Assembly (NCBI GenBank): GCA_965238075.1
Contig: OZ250173.1
Coordinates: 1,024,001 to 1,088,000, forward strand
Reading direction: 5' to 3'
DNA: 64,000 bases
Origin: Candidatus Entotheonellaceae bacterium
GTDB taxonomy: Bacteria; Tectomicrobia; Entotheonellia; Entotheonellales; Entotheonellaceae
Every line of letters starts with the position of its first letter. The stretch's first letter is position 1. Position numbers and translations under genes: made by a program. Positions 28,294 to 38,684 of this stretch are shown in pieces. Below the pieces are notes generated by a model that had not been told where the DNA came from, searched no databases, and saw nothing but the letters and a program-made list of their open reading frames with translations.

Positions 28294-29841
28294 ATGAACC
28301 TCAAGAAATTGGGAAGGACGTTTTGGGTTATCGCTGCCGTCGCGATGCTGGCGATGGTTCTTCAAGGATGCGGGGGTGACGACAACGGTGTTGACCAGTC
28401 CCTGCACGATACCGTGACGATGGAGCGCGACGGCTTGCAGATGCAGATTAATGCTCTGGTCGCCGCGCTTGGCGCGACGGACGTGGCGGGGGCGACGGAC
28501 GAAATCAGCAGCCTGCAAATGAGCCTGCAAGCGATTCAGGCCGCCCTCGGCACGACTGACCCCGCGATGGTGCAGAATCAGATCAGCCAGCTACAGGCTG
28601 ATCTCAAGAAGCTTCAGGACGCCGAGAAGGAGCGCATGGACACCGCGAACGATATGATGCAGGCGGCCATGATCGCAACGGCCGCGAAGCTGCATGCGGG
28701 GATCAGTGCGCCTGGCGGCACTGGGGCTGACACCCGTACCGCTGCCTATGGCACCGGCAACAACGCTAACAACATCGTGGTGACGATCGGCACTGCCACC
28801 CCCGTCAACCTGTCGGAAGACGACAAGACGATGGTTTACGACCTTCATGGCTGGGAAGGCAAGAGGTATACGGCCGAACCCGAAGACGACGGCATGTACG
28901 AGGCGGTTGTCTACTCGAATGTCGGCGAACTGACGATGGGGAAGAAGTTTGGGGGTGCTGCAGCAAACGACGAGTTCGAGTACGAACTAACGAATGGTAT
29001 GGTGTCTGTCGACACGTCTACGGCTGGGGTCCCGGCGAGAGTAGCTCTCGATGGCGTCACCCGGACCGCTGGCATGGAAACATTCAATTTGCCGGATCCG
29101 AATCCGGGCGGCGCGACGATGATCCTTGTCCCCGGCAGCTTTCATGGTGTGTCCGGCACCTACAGTTGCACGCCTAGCACTCCCGCCGACGGTTGCTCGG
29201 CTTCGGTAGCCGAAATGGGATTCACGCTTGCGGCCGGGGCCTGGACGTTCAAGCCCAGCGACCCGAACGCCAGGGTGACGGATACGCCGGACAACATTCA
29301 CGCCTCCTACGGCTGGTGGATCCACAAGGCCGAGAACGACGGCGACTTCACCGCCAGCGCATTCGTGTCGGATAAGGGTGACGTCCCCAACGCCTCCGGC
29401 ATCGACACCCTGATGGGGACGGCAACGTACATGGGCGGTGCTGCCGGCAAGTACGCCCTCAAAAGTTCGACCGGTGGAACGAACGACGCCGGCCACTTCA
29501 CCGCGCGGGCGATGCTTGAGGCCGATTTCAATGACGACATGATCACGGGCACCATCGACATGTTCATGGGTGCGGATGGTGAGATGAGGAACTGGTCGGT
29601 TGAGCTGATGGAGTCCGGAGTTAGTGCTACCGGGACAATTACCGGTTCAGATGGTGCAGGTGATCCCATGATGACGAAGTGGACCATCGACGGGACGGCC
29701 GCTGATGCCGCCGGCCAGTGGTCTGGAACCCTCCAAAACAATGGCGACGACGGTGTTCCGATGGTCGGGACTGGAACATTCTACTCGATGTTCGGTTCGG
29801 ATGGCCGCATGGTCGGCGCGTTCGGCGTGAACAGGCAGTAG
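28294..29841 (+). CDS. Surface lipoprotein with C-terminal TbpB-like beta-barrel (type XI secretion cargo)
   Basis: Lipobox LQGC; GTATY.G.AAG.Y, L.ADF....ITGTID.F, terminal GAFGVNRQ; lies next to Slam. Confidence 0.8.
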   Translation: MNLKKLGRTFWVIAAVAMLAMVLQGCGGDDNGVDQSLHDTVTMERDGLQMQINALVAALGATDVAGATDEISSLQMSLQAIQAALGTTDPAMVQNQISQLQADLKKLQDAEKERMDTANDMMQAAMIATAAKLHAGISAPGGTGADTRTAAYGTGNNANNIVVTIGTATPVNLSEDDKTMVYDLHGWEGKRYTAEPEDDGMYEAVVYSNVGELTMGKKFGGAAANDEFEYELTNGMVSVDTSTAGVPARVALDGVTRTAGMETFNLPDPNPGGATMILVPGSFHGVSGTYSCTPSTPADGCSASVAEMGFTLAAGAWTFKPSDPNARVTDTPDNIHASYGWWIHKAENDGDFTASAFVSDKGDVPNASGIDTLMGTATYMGGAAGKYALKSSTGGTNDAGHFTARAMLEADFNDDMITGTIDMFMGADGEMRNWSVELMESGVSATGTITGSDGAGDPMMTKWTIDGTAADAAGQWSGTLQNNGDDGVPMVGTGTFYSMFGSDGRMVGAFGVNRQ

Positions 29842-29906
29842 ACGATCCGGGGACGGGGTCTCGCTCCCACGGAAAGCTGACCCCGGTCCCCAGCCTTCCA
29901 TATCCA

Positions 29907-29938
29907 GGGTGGCGCGAAGAGCGCCACCCTTTTTTTGT
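29907..29938 (+). terminator. Rho-independent terminator
   Basis: GGGTGGCGC-GAAGA-GCGCCACCC followed by a T run. Confidence 0.85.
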
Positions 29939-29962
29939 TCCCCCATTCCTTCAAGGACCGTG

Positions 29963-31363
29963 ATGCACTGCCGCTCCCTCTGCCACGCTTTCGCAATGGT
30001 CGCTTGCGTTCTGATGGCCGCCCCGGCCTGGGGCGCCGACCATGCGACCGATCCCCCGCCGCCGTCTGCCCCCGTGGAAGGCGCCGCCGCCGTTGGCGCC
30101 GTGCAGGCGCTGATCGATGCCGGCCGGTTCGAGGAGGCAATCGTCGCGCTGCGGCCGCTTCTCGAGCAGGAACCGGTCAACGTCAACGTACTCTTCCTCT
30201 ACGGCCTGGCGTCGCTGGAGGCGTCCCAGCGGCCTGGACGGACGGACGAGGACCGCGAGATCCTGCTCAACGAGGCCATCGCCGCCTTCCGCGCCATGCT
30301 GGTCAATGCGCCGGGTCTGGTGCGGGTGCGCCTGGAACTGGCGCGGGCGTTCTTCCTGAAGGGGCAGGACGGGCTGGCGCGGCGACACTTCGAGCTGGTG
30401 CTGGCCGGTGGGGTGCCGCCCGCGGTGGCCGCCAACATCCGGGCCTTCCTGAACGCCATGCAGACGCGCAAGCGCTTCACCGGCTACTTCGGCGCCGCGG
30501 TGGCGCCGGACAGCAACCTCAACGCCGCCTCCGAGAGCGAGATCATCTACATCGACACGACGTTCGGTCGACTGCCCTTCACGCGCCAGGGGGATTTCGG
30601 CGCCCGCTCCGGCCTGGGCGTCTCGGTGTGGGGCGGCGGCGAGTACCAGCATCCCCTGAGCAAGCGGCTACGGCTGCGGGTCGGCGCCGACCTGGCCAAA
30701 CGAGAATACAGCGGCAGCGATTTCGACCAGCTTTTCGTCGCCACCCACACCGGGCCGCGCTGGCTGGCGAGCCCGAGGACCGAGATCAGCCTGCTGGCCA
30801 CCGCGCAGCGCCAGTGGCTCGGCGGCATCCCGTACACGGACGAGACCGGCGCGCGCCTCGAACTCGACCGCCGGCTAACAGCGCGGCTGTGGGCGCGCGG
30901 CACCGCGGCGTACCGCGAGCGCGACCACCAGCAACGCGATTTTCTCGACGGCCCGGTGGTCGACTTCACCGCCACTTTCGCCTGGACGCCGGCGCCCGTG
31001 CTGCGGGTGCACATGACCGTCGGCTACGAGCGCGACCACGCGGCGTCGGAGCACTGGCGCAACCTGTCGCGCTGGGTACGGGTGGGCACCTCGCTCGCCC
31101 TGCCGCTGGGCTTCACCCTCGGCACCAGCGCCCAGGTGCGGCGGGTGTATTACGACGGCAGCGGCCGGGTGCACCATACGTTGCACGGCCGCAAGCGGCT
31201 GGACCGCACCCGCACGTTCACCCTCTCCGTGCTCAACCGCGCCTTCACCCTCTTTCGCTTCAGCCCCCAGCTGGCGCTCATCCACGAAGCCCGCCAGACC
31301 AACGCCCAGGCGCAGGACTTTGAACGCAACCGCGCCGAGCTGCGCTTCGTGCGGCAGTTCTGA
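29963..31363 (+). CDS. Slam-family outer-membrane translocon (TPR + DUF560 barrel)
   Basis: RVRLELARAFF, HFELVLA, DSNLN; amphipathic strands; terminal F. Confidence 0.85.
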   Translation: MHCRSLCHAFAMVACVLMAAPAWGADHATDPPPPSAPVEGAAAVGAVQALIDAGRFEEAIVALRPLLEQEPVNVNVLFLYGLASLEASQRPGRTDEDREILLNEAIAAFRAMLVNAPGLVRVRLELARAFFLKGQDGLARRHFELVLAGGVPPAVAANIRAFLNAMQTRKRFTGYFGAAVAPDSNLNAASESEIIYIDTTFGRLPFTRQGDFGARSGLGVSVWGGGEYQHPLSKRLRLRVGADLAKREYSGSDFDQLFVATHTGPRWLASPRTEISLLATAQRQWLGGIPYTDETGARLELDRRLTARLWARGTAAYRERDHQQRDFLDGPVVDFTATFAWTPAPVLRVHMTVGYERDHAASEHWRNLSRWVRVGTSLALPLGFTLGTSAQVRRVYYDGSGRVHHTLHGRKRLDRTRTFTLSVLNRAFTLFRFSPQLALIHEARQTNAQAQDFERNRAELRFVRQF

Positions 31364-31454
31364 GGCGCCTTGGCCTTCCGGTCTCGCCCGCGGCGCACGG
31401 TCGTCCGGCGGGCGGCAAAAAAGCGCCTGTCGGGTCGTGTCTCACTTTCAAATT

Positions 31455-31592
31455 TCCTCCTCGCACCAACCTCCCCCTCTCCCTAGCCCTCCCCCGCGGA
31501 GGGGGGAGGGGACCCGGACTGGGGAATTCTCCCTCTCCCTTGGCGGGAGAGAGCCCGCCCCCGCCTTGAACGGGGGTCGGAGTGAGGGGGAA
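31455..31592. repeat. Composite two-hairpin palindromic element
   Basis: Similar to 39214-39358, and in inverted orientation to 59593-59722. Confidence 0.7.
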
Positions 31593-32142
31593 ACCGGCGC
31601 CGAACGACCGAACGTGCAACCCGTCTGGGGAGCACGTGAGCCAGTCTTTTCCAACTGAGACACTGCCGCCTGTGGCGTTGACGTTGCCGGGGCCCTTCTG
31701 ATACGGCCGCACTGGGGGCATTTCCTTCCTCAAATCCCGTGTTAAACTCTGAATTCGCTCCGTCCTGGCTTCCCCCTGGGATATGGTGTGATCAGGGCTT
31801 CGTTTTCCTGCCTGTTGTTTTCCGAGACGTGGCCTGCCAAGGCGAGCGCCAAAACAATTCGACACCGTTTCAATGTCGAAAATACCGCGTTAGTGAATAA
31901 AACCAGTCAGCCGGATAAGTGTCTCCGAGAACCGAAGGGATTCTGTCGTGAATTCGCATACTGTTGATCGGACAGAATCGGATTTTTGCAGACAGGCGGG
32001 GACAAGTCGGTTGTCCTCGGCTCAAAAGGAACCAGCAGCAGAGATACATCGGCGTCCAATCCGGCCGTCTGCTGTGGCTCCGCCCTCACCGTTTGCGAGT
32101 GGCCGCCAAGTTCACTTCCTTGCCTCCCGTGCCGCCGCTGGT

Positions 32143-35100
32143 ATGTCGATGGCCCTGCGGCGCCATTGCGCGGCGTTCGCCCGTCGCCGTGCAATCACGG
32201 GCCTGTTGTTGGCATTTGCGGCCTTCCTGGCCATGCCAATGCCCGCCACACCCCACCAGATTGGCGATTCCGACCATGACCCCGATTGCACCTACGACTA
32301 TTGCCACAGCCCGGAATTCTTGGTGCCCGCTCCTACCTTCGAGATACCCGACAACATAGGGGAATACCAGGACATCGGCGCGCTGCCGGTGGCGACGGAC
32401 GCGGACCACTCTGATCCCAACATAGATTACACAATGGTCTACACGCTGCGCGACGGGGATGCTCCCGTTGCGGAGGATGATGAGGATAAGCCGGAGTATG
32501 CGGATGGGGATGCCGCGGCCTTCACAATGTACAACGACGGCAGCGGGCAGCGTAGGCTCAGGACTGCCATCGACCACTACGAAACGCGCGTGTACAGGTT
32601 GAAATTGGTGGCATGCGACGGCAACTTCAGACGCGGGTACATTGACGTGACCATTGTCGTCAATGATGCGGCCGGCGAGCGGCCGCTGGCGCCTGACCGG
32701 CCCGAGGTCGAGGGTGCCTCGACCTCCTCGCTCGTGGTGCGTTGGACAGCGCCGGACAACACGGGCCGCGCGCCGATCACCAGCTACGACTTGCAATACC
32801 GGGAATCTGGAACCGGCAACTGGAGGAACGGTCCCCAGAACCGGACCGACACGTACGCGGTCATCTCGGGATTGACCGAGAACACGCCGTAACAGGTGCA
32901 GGTGCGGGCAACGAACGTGGATGGTGACGGCCCCTGGTCGCCGCCGGGCCCCGGTCGGACCCTGGCTGAGGACAACGCGGCGCCGGGCTTTGGTGCCGGG
33001 ACGGCCACTCGCAGTATCCCCGAGAACACGGGGCCGGACCAGGATGTCGGCGCTGCGTTTACGGCGACGGATGCGGACAAACGACCCGCTGACCTACGCG
33101 CTTGAGGGTCAGGACGCGGCGTCGTTCGACCTCGTAACGGTAGGGAGCAGCGCGCAAATCAGAACCAAAGCCGGGGTGACCTACGACCATGAGGCCAAAT
33201 CCACCTATTTCGTGACGGTGAAGGCGGACGACGGAAAGGGTGGGACAGACGTCATCACCGTGACGATCAACGTCGCGGACGTGAACGAGCCCCCGGACGC
33301 CCCCGCCGCGCCCTCTGTGTCGAGCGAATCAACCACCAGCCTGTCGGTGATCTGGAGCCCGCCCGCCAACAACGCGGGCCGCCCGCCCGTCACCGGTTAT
33401 CGCCTACAGTACCGGGAAGTTGGGACTTCGCCCTGGACCGATCCGCTGAATCAAAGCGGCACGAGGACTACCCTCACAGACTTGAACCCCGACACGCAGT
33501 ACGAGGTACAAGTACTGGCGCGGAATGGCGAGGGGGATAGCCCCTGGTCGGACTCAGGCTTCGGGCGGACCAACGTTGCCGGGAACAACGCGCCGGAATT
33601 CGTCGGCGACATGACCACCCGCAGATTTCGCGAGAACACGCCGCCGGGCCGCAACATCGGTGCGCCGGTAACAGCGTTGGACGCGGACGGCGACACGCTG
33701 ACCTATACGCTCGAGGGCCGGGACGCGGGATCGTTCACCATCGTGGGAACGAGCGGCCAGATCAGGACCCGATCCGGCGTAACCTATGATTACGAGACCA
33801 AGCGTTCCTATGTCGTCACGGTGAAGGCCGATGACCGCAAGGGCGGGACCGATATCATTGCCGTGACCATTTACCTTACTGACGTGGCCGAGAACCGAAT
33901 ACGGTCGGACGATGATGATGACGAGGACCCTACGACAGACGACAAAGGGCCTCCTGCCGTCGACGTCAAGCCGACGTTTCCGAGTCCCTCGGCCATCCGC
34001 AGCTTCCCGGAGAACACGCCGCCGGGCCACAACATCGGTGAACCGGTGACGGCCAAGGTCGTCGTCGGCCCGTTGACCTACGCACTGAGAGGCGCGGACG
34101 CGGCGTCATTCGATATTGACTCTTCGACCGGACAACTCAAGACCAAGGCCGGCGTGACCTACGACTACGAGGTTAAATCCTCCTATGCCGTGACGGTGCG
34201 GGCGACAGGCTCGACCAACATTAGCGCCAATGTTGCGGTGACCATCAACGTCGAAAATGTCGCCGAGAAGCCGTCGGCACCGGACGCACCGACGGTGAGC
34301 GCGCCGGACGGCTCAAGAACGAGCTTGTTGGTAACGTGGACGACGCCGGCCGTGAACGGCGGCCCGCCCATCACGGGCTACGAGGTGGAATACCGCCAGG
34401 GTACAAGCGGGGTCTGGGTGCCGTGGCCGCATGGCGGCACTGATACCACCACCACGATCGCGGAGCTTAGCGCAGGCAACGATTATCAGGTTCGGATACG
34501 GGCGAGGAATGCCGACGGCTTTAGTGAGTGGTCGCCGCCGGGCAGCGGACGCACGAACGCCGACACGATGAACGGCTGGCTGGCCCGGTTCGGGCGCAGC
34601 ATCGCGCAGCAGATGATGGAAGGCGTGGGGGACCGCCTGGCGTCGCCGTGCCGGACGGGGCTGCAGGGCGCGCTGGCCGGGCATGGCTTCGGGAACGGGG
34701 GAACCGGCAGCGCGGGGGGTGCGTTGTCGCCCTGGGCCGTCGGCGACCCGGAAGCGGAACGGCTGCTCGACTCGCGGCTCCTGGTGCAACGCCACCCTGT
34801 TTCAGGAACGGGGTCAGCTCTGTTGGCGGGAACCGTTTTTGAGTTGGGCAGCGAGACGGCCGGCAACGGTGTTACCTGTGTCTGGGGCCGCGGCGGGCAT
34901 TCCGGCTTCAGCGGACGTGACGGCTCGCTCTTCCTCGACGGCGACTTGACCACGGGGACGCTTGGCGCCGACTACGCGAAGGATCTCTGGACCGTGGGAT
35001 TGGCGCTTTCGCACAGCCGAGGTGAGGGAAGCTATGCCAGCAAGGACAGCGTGGAGGCGTCGCTGACGGGTGTTTTCCCCTACGCCGGCTACCGGGTCAC

Positions 35101-35980
35101 GGAGCGGTTTTCGGTCTGGGGCCTCGGAGGGTTCGGGCGCGGCGGGTTGACGGTGAGGCCGGAGAACGGGAGTTCGCTGGAGACCGGCCTTGGCCTCGCC
35201 ATGGTTGCAGTAGGGGCGAGGGGCGCCTTCGTAACCGCGGCTGAGACGGGCGGGATTGACGTTACGCTGGAGACGGACGGGTTCTGGGTGCGCACGGACT
35301 CGGCCGCAGCGACCGGTCTGTTGGCGGCGAAAGGGGACGCCAGCCGCCTGCGGCTCGGGCTGGAAAGTTCCTACACGGCAACGTTGAGGAATGGCGGGAC
35401 GCTGACGCCGAGGTTCAGGATCGGGTGGCGTTATGACGGGGGCGGCGCGGAGACCGGCCTGGGTGTGGATATTGGTGGCGGGCTCCTCTGGTCGGCTCCG
35501 GTGCGGGGCATATCTGCGGAGATCGAGGTGCGTCGCGTGTTGATGCATGAAGCCACCGGGTTCAACGATTGGAGCCTCTCGGGGTTGGTGCGCTATGACC
35601 CGAATCCGTCCTCGGAGCGCGGTGCGCTGCTTGCGCTCAGGTCGTCCATTGGCACGCCGTCACTGGCCGGTTCAGGGGGGTTGCTCGAGCGCGACAACCT
35701 GTTGGGCTTGGCAACGAGCGACACGGCGCAGGGCAGGCAGCTTACCGCGAAAGCCGCCTACGGATTCCCCATTCTGGGGGGTCGGTTCACGGGCGCGCCT
35801 TGGGTTGGAGCCGGGGTGTTGGAGAGCGGGCGCGACTATCGGGTGGGTTACCGGATCAGTCGTACAGGGCTGTCCGGTTCGGGCATGCAGGTCGGCATCG
35901 AGGGCCTGCGGCGGGAGAACGACGGCAGCGATGCAGAAGCCGAGCACGCCATCGGGCTGCGGCTTGGGCTGGGCTGGTAG
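32143..35980 (+). pseudogene. Fn3/cadherin-repeat autotransporter adhesin with an internal stop and a frameshift
   Basis: Signal peptide; 3 Fn3 domains (W..P...G...ITxY...YR) and several cadherin domains (ENT..G, DYE.K..Y); C-terminal barrel ending in W; TAA at 32890-32892; extra A at 33079-33081. Confidence 0.85.
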
Positions 35981-36165
35981 CCGCGTCAGGCCTCGTCATG
36001 CCGTGGAGGACTGATGGCCTTGTTCGGGGTAGGGCCAGGGAGGACGTAGGGGCCTTCACGTCGAGCCGGGGCGTCACCCGCGTCGACGCGGCGCAGCGGG
36101 AATATAACTGCGGTTTGTTAAGGCAGTTTTGAGTGGCGATTTGTGGATTGTGTAATTATGCAGGT

Positions 36166-36653
36166 CTACTCCCGCCCGATCGTTCCCTTCCACACCGGTC
36201 CGCTGCTGCCCCAGTCCTCCGGATATAGCCCTGCCTTGACGTAACGCCGAAAACTGGAGTACGGCCACTGCAACGGGCGCGAGACATAACCGTGCTTCAC
36301 CGGGTTGTAATGGATGTACTCGACGTGCTGGCGGTAGTCGGTATCGTCGCGGACCAGGTGTTCCCAATAGCGCGGCTGCCAAAGGGGGCGATCGGCGCCG
36401 TGCCGTTGCGTGACCCACGTTTTGATCAGCCGCCACCGGGCCGGGTAATCGACGTCGTCCGGCGGCAGGGTCCAAAGGCAGTGCAGGTGGTCAGGGAGCA
36501 CGACCATGGCGTTGACGGTGAAGGGCCGTTGTTGGGCAACCTGCCGGAACGCCTGGCGGAGGAGGTCGCAGGCCGCGGCGTCGCCGAACAGCGGGCGGTG
36601 ACGACGGTGAAGAAGTGGGTGGCGCCGGGGACGAAAGCGCGGCGGCATTGCAT
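36166..36653 (-). pseudogene. REP-associated tyrosine transposase (RAYT), frameshifted near 36597
   Basis: PG.THFFTVVT in one frame; PDHLH (HUH), WQPRYWEH.VRD and YIHYNPVKHG in another; REPs alongside. Confidence 0.88.
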
Positions 36654-36680
36654 GGCAAGGCTCGGTAGGTGGGTGGATAT

Positions 36681-36784
36681 GTAGGTCGGATTAGCCGCGA
36701 CAGTGGCGTAATCCGACTTCCTCAGCGAAAACGCCCCAAAATACAAAGCGGAATCGTCGGATTACGCTGCGCTAATCCGACTAC
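36681..36784. repeat. REPIN (inverted REP doublet) 1
   Basis: GTAG-REP at 36681-36717, spacer, inverted REP at 36756-36784. Confidence 0.85.
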
Positions 36785-36796
36785 ATTTAACTTGAC

Positions 36797-36847
36797 TTGA
36801 CAAGGTGCGGGAACCTCTGGTAGAAGTAGGTCATACTTACAGTATGA
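36797..36847 (+). promoter_or_regulatory. Putative promoter and palindromic operator
   Basis: TTGACA (36797-36802), weak -10 TAGAAG (36821-36826), TCATACT-tac-AGTATGA (36831-36847). Confidence 0.55.
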
Positions 36848-36873
36848 AACGTTAACACGCAGGAGGTAAACCC

Positions 36874-37038
36874 ATGCGCAAGCCTATCGTTGTCTTCTTG
36901 ACCTTGGCGATGTTCCTTGTCGGTTCCTCTGTGGCGTTTGGTGCCAGCCATGAGGAAGGCGAGGCGAATCCGTGCAATCCCTGCAACCCGTGCAATCCCT
37001 GCAACCCGTGCAATCCCGACGGCGGTGACAGCAACTAG
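36874..37038 (+). CDS. 54-aa secreted Cys-rich peptide with (NPC)5 repeat
   Basis: AGGAGG RBS; MRKPIVVFLTLAMFLVGSSVAFG-ASHEEGEA-NPCNPCNPCNPCNPC-NPDGGDSN*; has its own terminator. Confidence 0.85.
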   Translation: MRKPIVVFLTLAMFLVGSSVAFGASHEEGEANPCNPCNPCNPCNPCNPDGGDSN

Positions 37039-37065
37039 TTAGTCGTCAATTCGTCGCCGTAGCAG

Positions 37066-37105
37066 GAAAGGCGTGTGGGGAACTTCTCCCGCACGTCTTT
37101 TTTTG
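37066..37105 (+). terminator. Rho-independent terminator of the NPC peptide gene
   Basis: AAAGGCGTGTGGGGA...TCCCCGCACGTCTTT followed by a T run. Confidence 0.8.
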
Positions 37106-37150
37106 CTTTGGAGTAATCCCGGGTCGGATGGATTGATGTGTGGACTCGTG

Positions 37151-37293
37151 GTTTCAAGTAGGTCGGATTAGCCGCCAAGCGGCGTTTCAAGTAGGTCGGA
37201 TTAGCCGCCAAGCGGCGTAACGACTTCCTCAGCGTAACCGCCCCCAGAACCCAAAGCGGAATCGTCGGATTATGCTGCGCTAATCCGACCTAC
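37151..37293. repeat. REPIN 2 with a 33-bp duplication of its left arm
   Basis: GTAG-REP at 37158 and 37191, a spacer similar to REPIN 1, inverted REP at 37264-37293. Confidence 0.85.
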
Positions 37294-37340
37294 ATGTTGA
37301 TGAGGAAACGATTTGGATTCAGGCAGACCGCTTCGGCACA

Positions 37341-37380
37341 AAAAAACCGGCACCCCCTGTTCAGGGAGTGCCGGTTTTTT
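37341..37380 (-). terminator. Terminator downstream of the tRNA (bidirectional shape)
   Basis: AAAAAACCGGCAC...GTGCCGGTTTTT. Confidence 0.8.
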
Positions 37381-37382
37381 GA

Positions 37383-37456
37383 TAGCGGGGGCTGGATTTG
37401 AACCAGCGACCTTTGGGTTATGAGCCCAACGAGCTGCCTGACTGCTCCACCCCGCA
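37383..37456 (-). tRNA. Initiator tRNA-fMet (CAT)
   Basis: TGCGGGGTGGAGCAG...GGGCTCATAACCC...GGTTCAAATCC...CCCGCTA; three G-C pairs in the anticodon stem; 1:72 mismatch. Confidence 0.95.
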
Positions 37457-37580
37457 CTGGATGCCGGGAAGCATATCGCCTGCCGATGGCACTGTCAAGG
37501 TTTGAAGAAGAGGGACGCGGCCCCCCGTTTGCCATGACCGGTTCAATCCCCCCTCCCCGCTCACAGCCCCGCGCAACCCC

Positions 37581-38636
37581 CTACAACTGCAGCGCGATGG
37601 AAAAATCCGGGATGCCTTCCCAGCGCCCGGGGTCGGAGGCGCGCATGACGGCGAGGGTTTTGATGACCTCGGGGTTGGCCAGGCCGTGGGGGCGCTTGCC
37701 GGTGAGGACGTTGATGACGTTCTCGGCCTGCTTGCGCGGGCATTCGTCGAGAAAGGTGGGGGAGAAACCGGCGAGGTGGGGCGTGATGACAAGGTTGGGA
37801 ACCTTGAGCAGCGGGTTGTCGTGCTCGATGGGCTCGATCTCGGTGACGTCGATGGCGGCGGATTCGATCTGGCCTTCCTGCAGGGCGGTGAGCAGGGCCT
37901 TCTGGTCGATCAGCGGCCCGCGCGAGCAGTTCACCAGAATGGCGGTGGGCTTCATCTGCGCGAAGAGGTCGGCGTTGAACAGGTGGACGTTCTGGCTCGT
38001 GGCCGAGCTGTGGATGGAGATGTAATCCGAGGTGCGCGCCAGTTCTTCGAGGCTGACGAGCCGCACGCCGTACAGGTCGGCGGACGACTGCGGCACGAAC
38101 GGGTCGCAGGCGATGATCTGCGCCGGGCCGAAGCCGCGAATACGCATGGCGAAGGCGCGCCCGATGTTGCCGAAGCCGACGATGCCGACGGTGTGGCCGC
38201 CGATACGGCGCACGGACTGCTGGAATTCGCTGATCAGCGGCGGGTTATCGCTCCACTGCCCTTGCCGCGTGGCGGTGATGGTTTCGTAGAGCCGGCGCGT
38301 CATGGCCAGCAGCATGGCAACGGCGTGATCAGCCACCTCGGCGGTGTTGACGCCGGGAACGTTGCAGGCGAGGACGCCCAGTTCGGTGGCCGCAGCCAAG
38401 TCGATGGAATCCACGCCGACGCCCATGCGCGACACGACCTTGAGCTTGGTGCAGGTTTCCATCACCTCGCGGCTGGTGTCCGGACGGGTGTTGACCAGGG
38501 CGCCATCGGCGTCGCGCAGCAGGTCGATCATATCTTCGGTGGTGCGCGCGGTGCCTTCAACGGTCTCGATGCCCGCTTTTTCGAACAGGTCAAAGCGGTT
38601 GTACTTGTTGGTCATCAGAGCGACTTTCAGGGGCAT
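37581..38636 (-). CDS. D-isomer-specific 2-hydroxyacid dehydrogenase
   Basis: GVGVD.ID, GIVGFGNIG, VNCSRG, DV.E.EP, TPHLAG. Confidence 0.92.
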   Translation of the reverse strand: MPLKVALMTNKYNRFDLFEKAGIETVEGTARTTEDMIDLLRDADGALVNTRPDTSREVMETCTKLKVVSRMGVGVDSIDLAAATELGVLACNVPGVNTAEVADHAVAMLLAMTRRLYETITATRQGQWSDNPPLISEFQQSVRRIGGHTVGIVGFGNIGRAFAMRIRGFGPAQIIACDPFVPQSSADLYGVRLVSLEELARTSDYISIHSSATSQNVHLFNADLFAQMKPTAILVNCSRGPLIDQKALLTALQEGQIESAAIDVTEIEPIEHDNPLLKVPNLVITPHLAGFSPTFLDECPRKQAENVINVLTGKRPHGLANPEVIKTLAVMRASDPGRWEGIPDFSIALQL

Positions 38637-38684
38637 TGTGGTACTCCATGCGTGTGGGGTAATTCAGAACGGTGGCGGTGTTGA

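Noticed and set aside
36852-37034. Minus-strand 60-aa ORF with GLHGLQ repeats
   Set aside because: It is the antisense of the NPC peptide gene, which has the RBS, signal peptide and terminator.
36681-37293. CRISPR-like repeats near the tRNA
   Set aside because: They are inverted GTAG-REP doublets beside a RAYT, not regularly spaced direct repeats.
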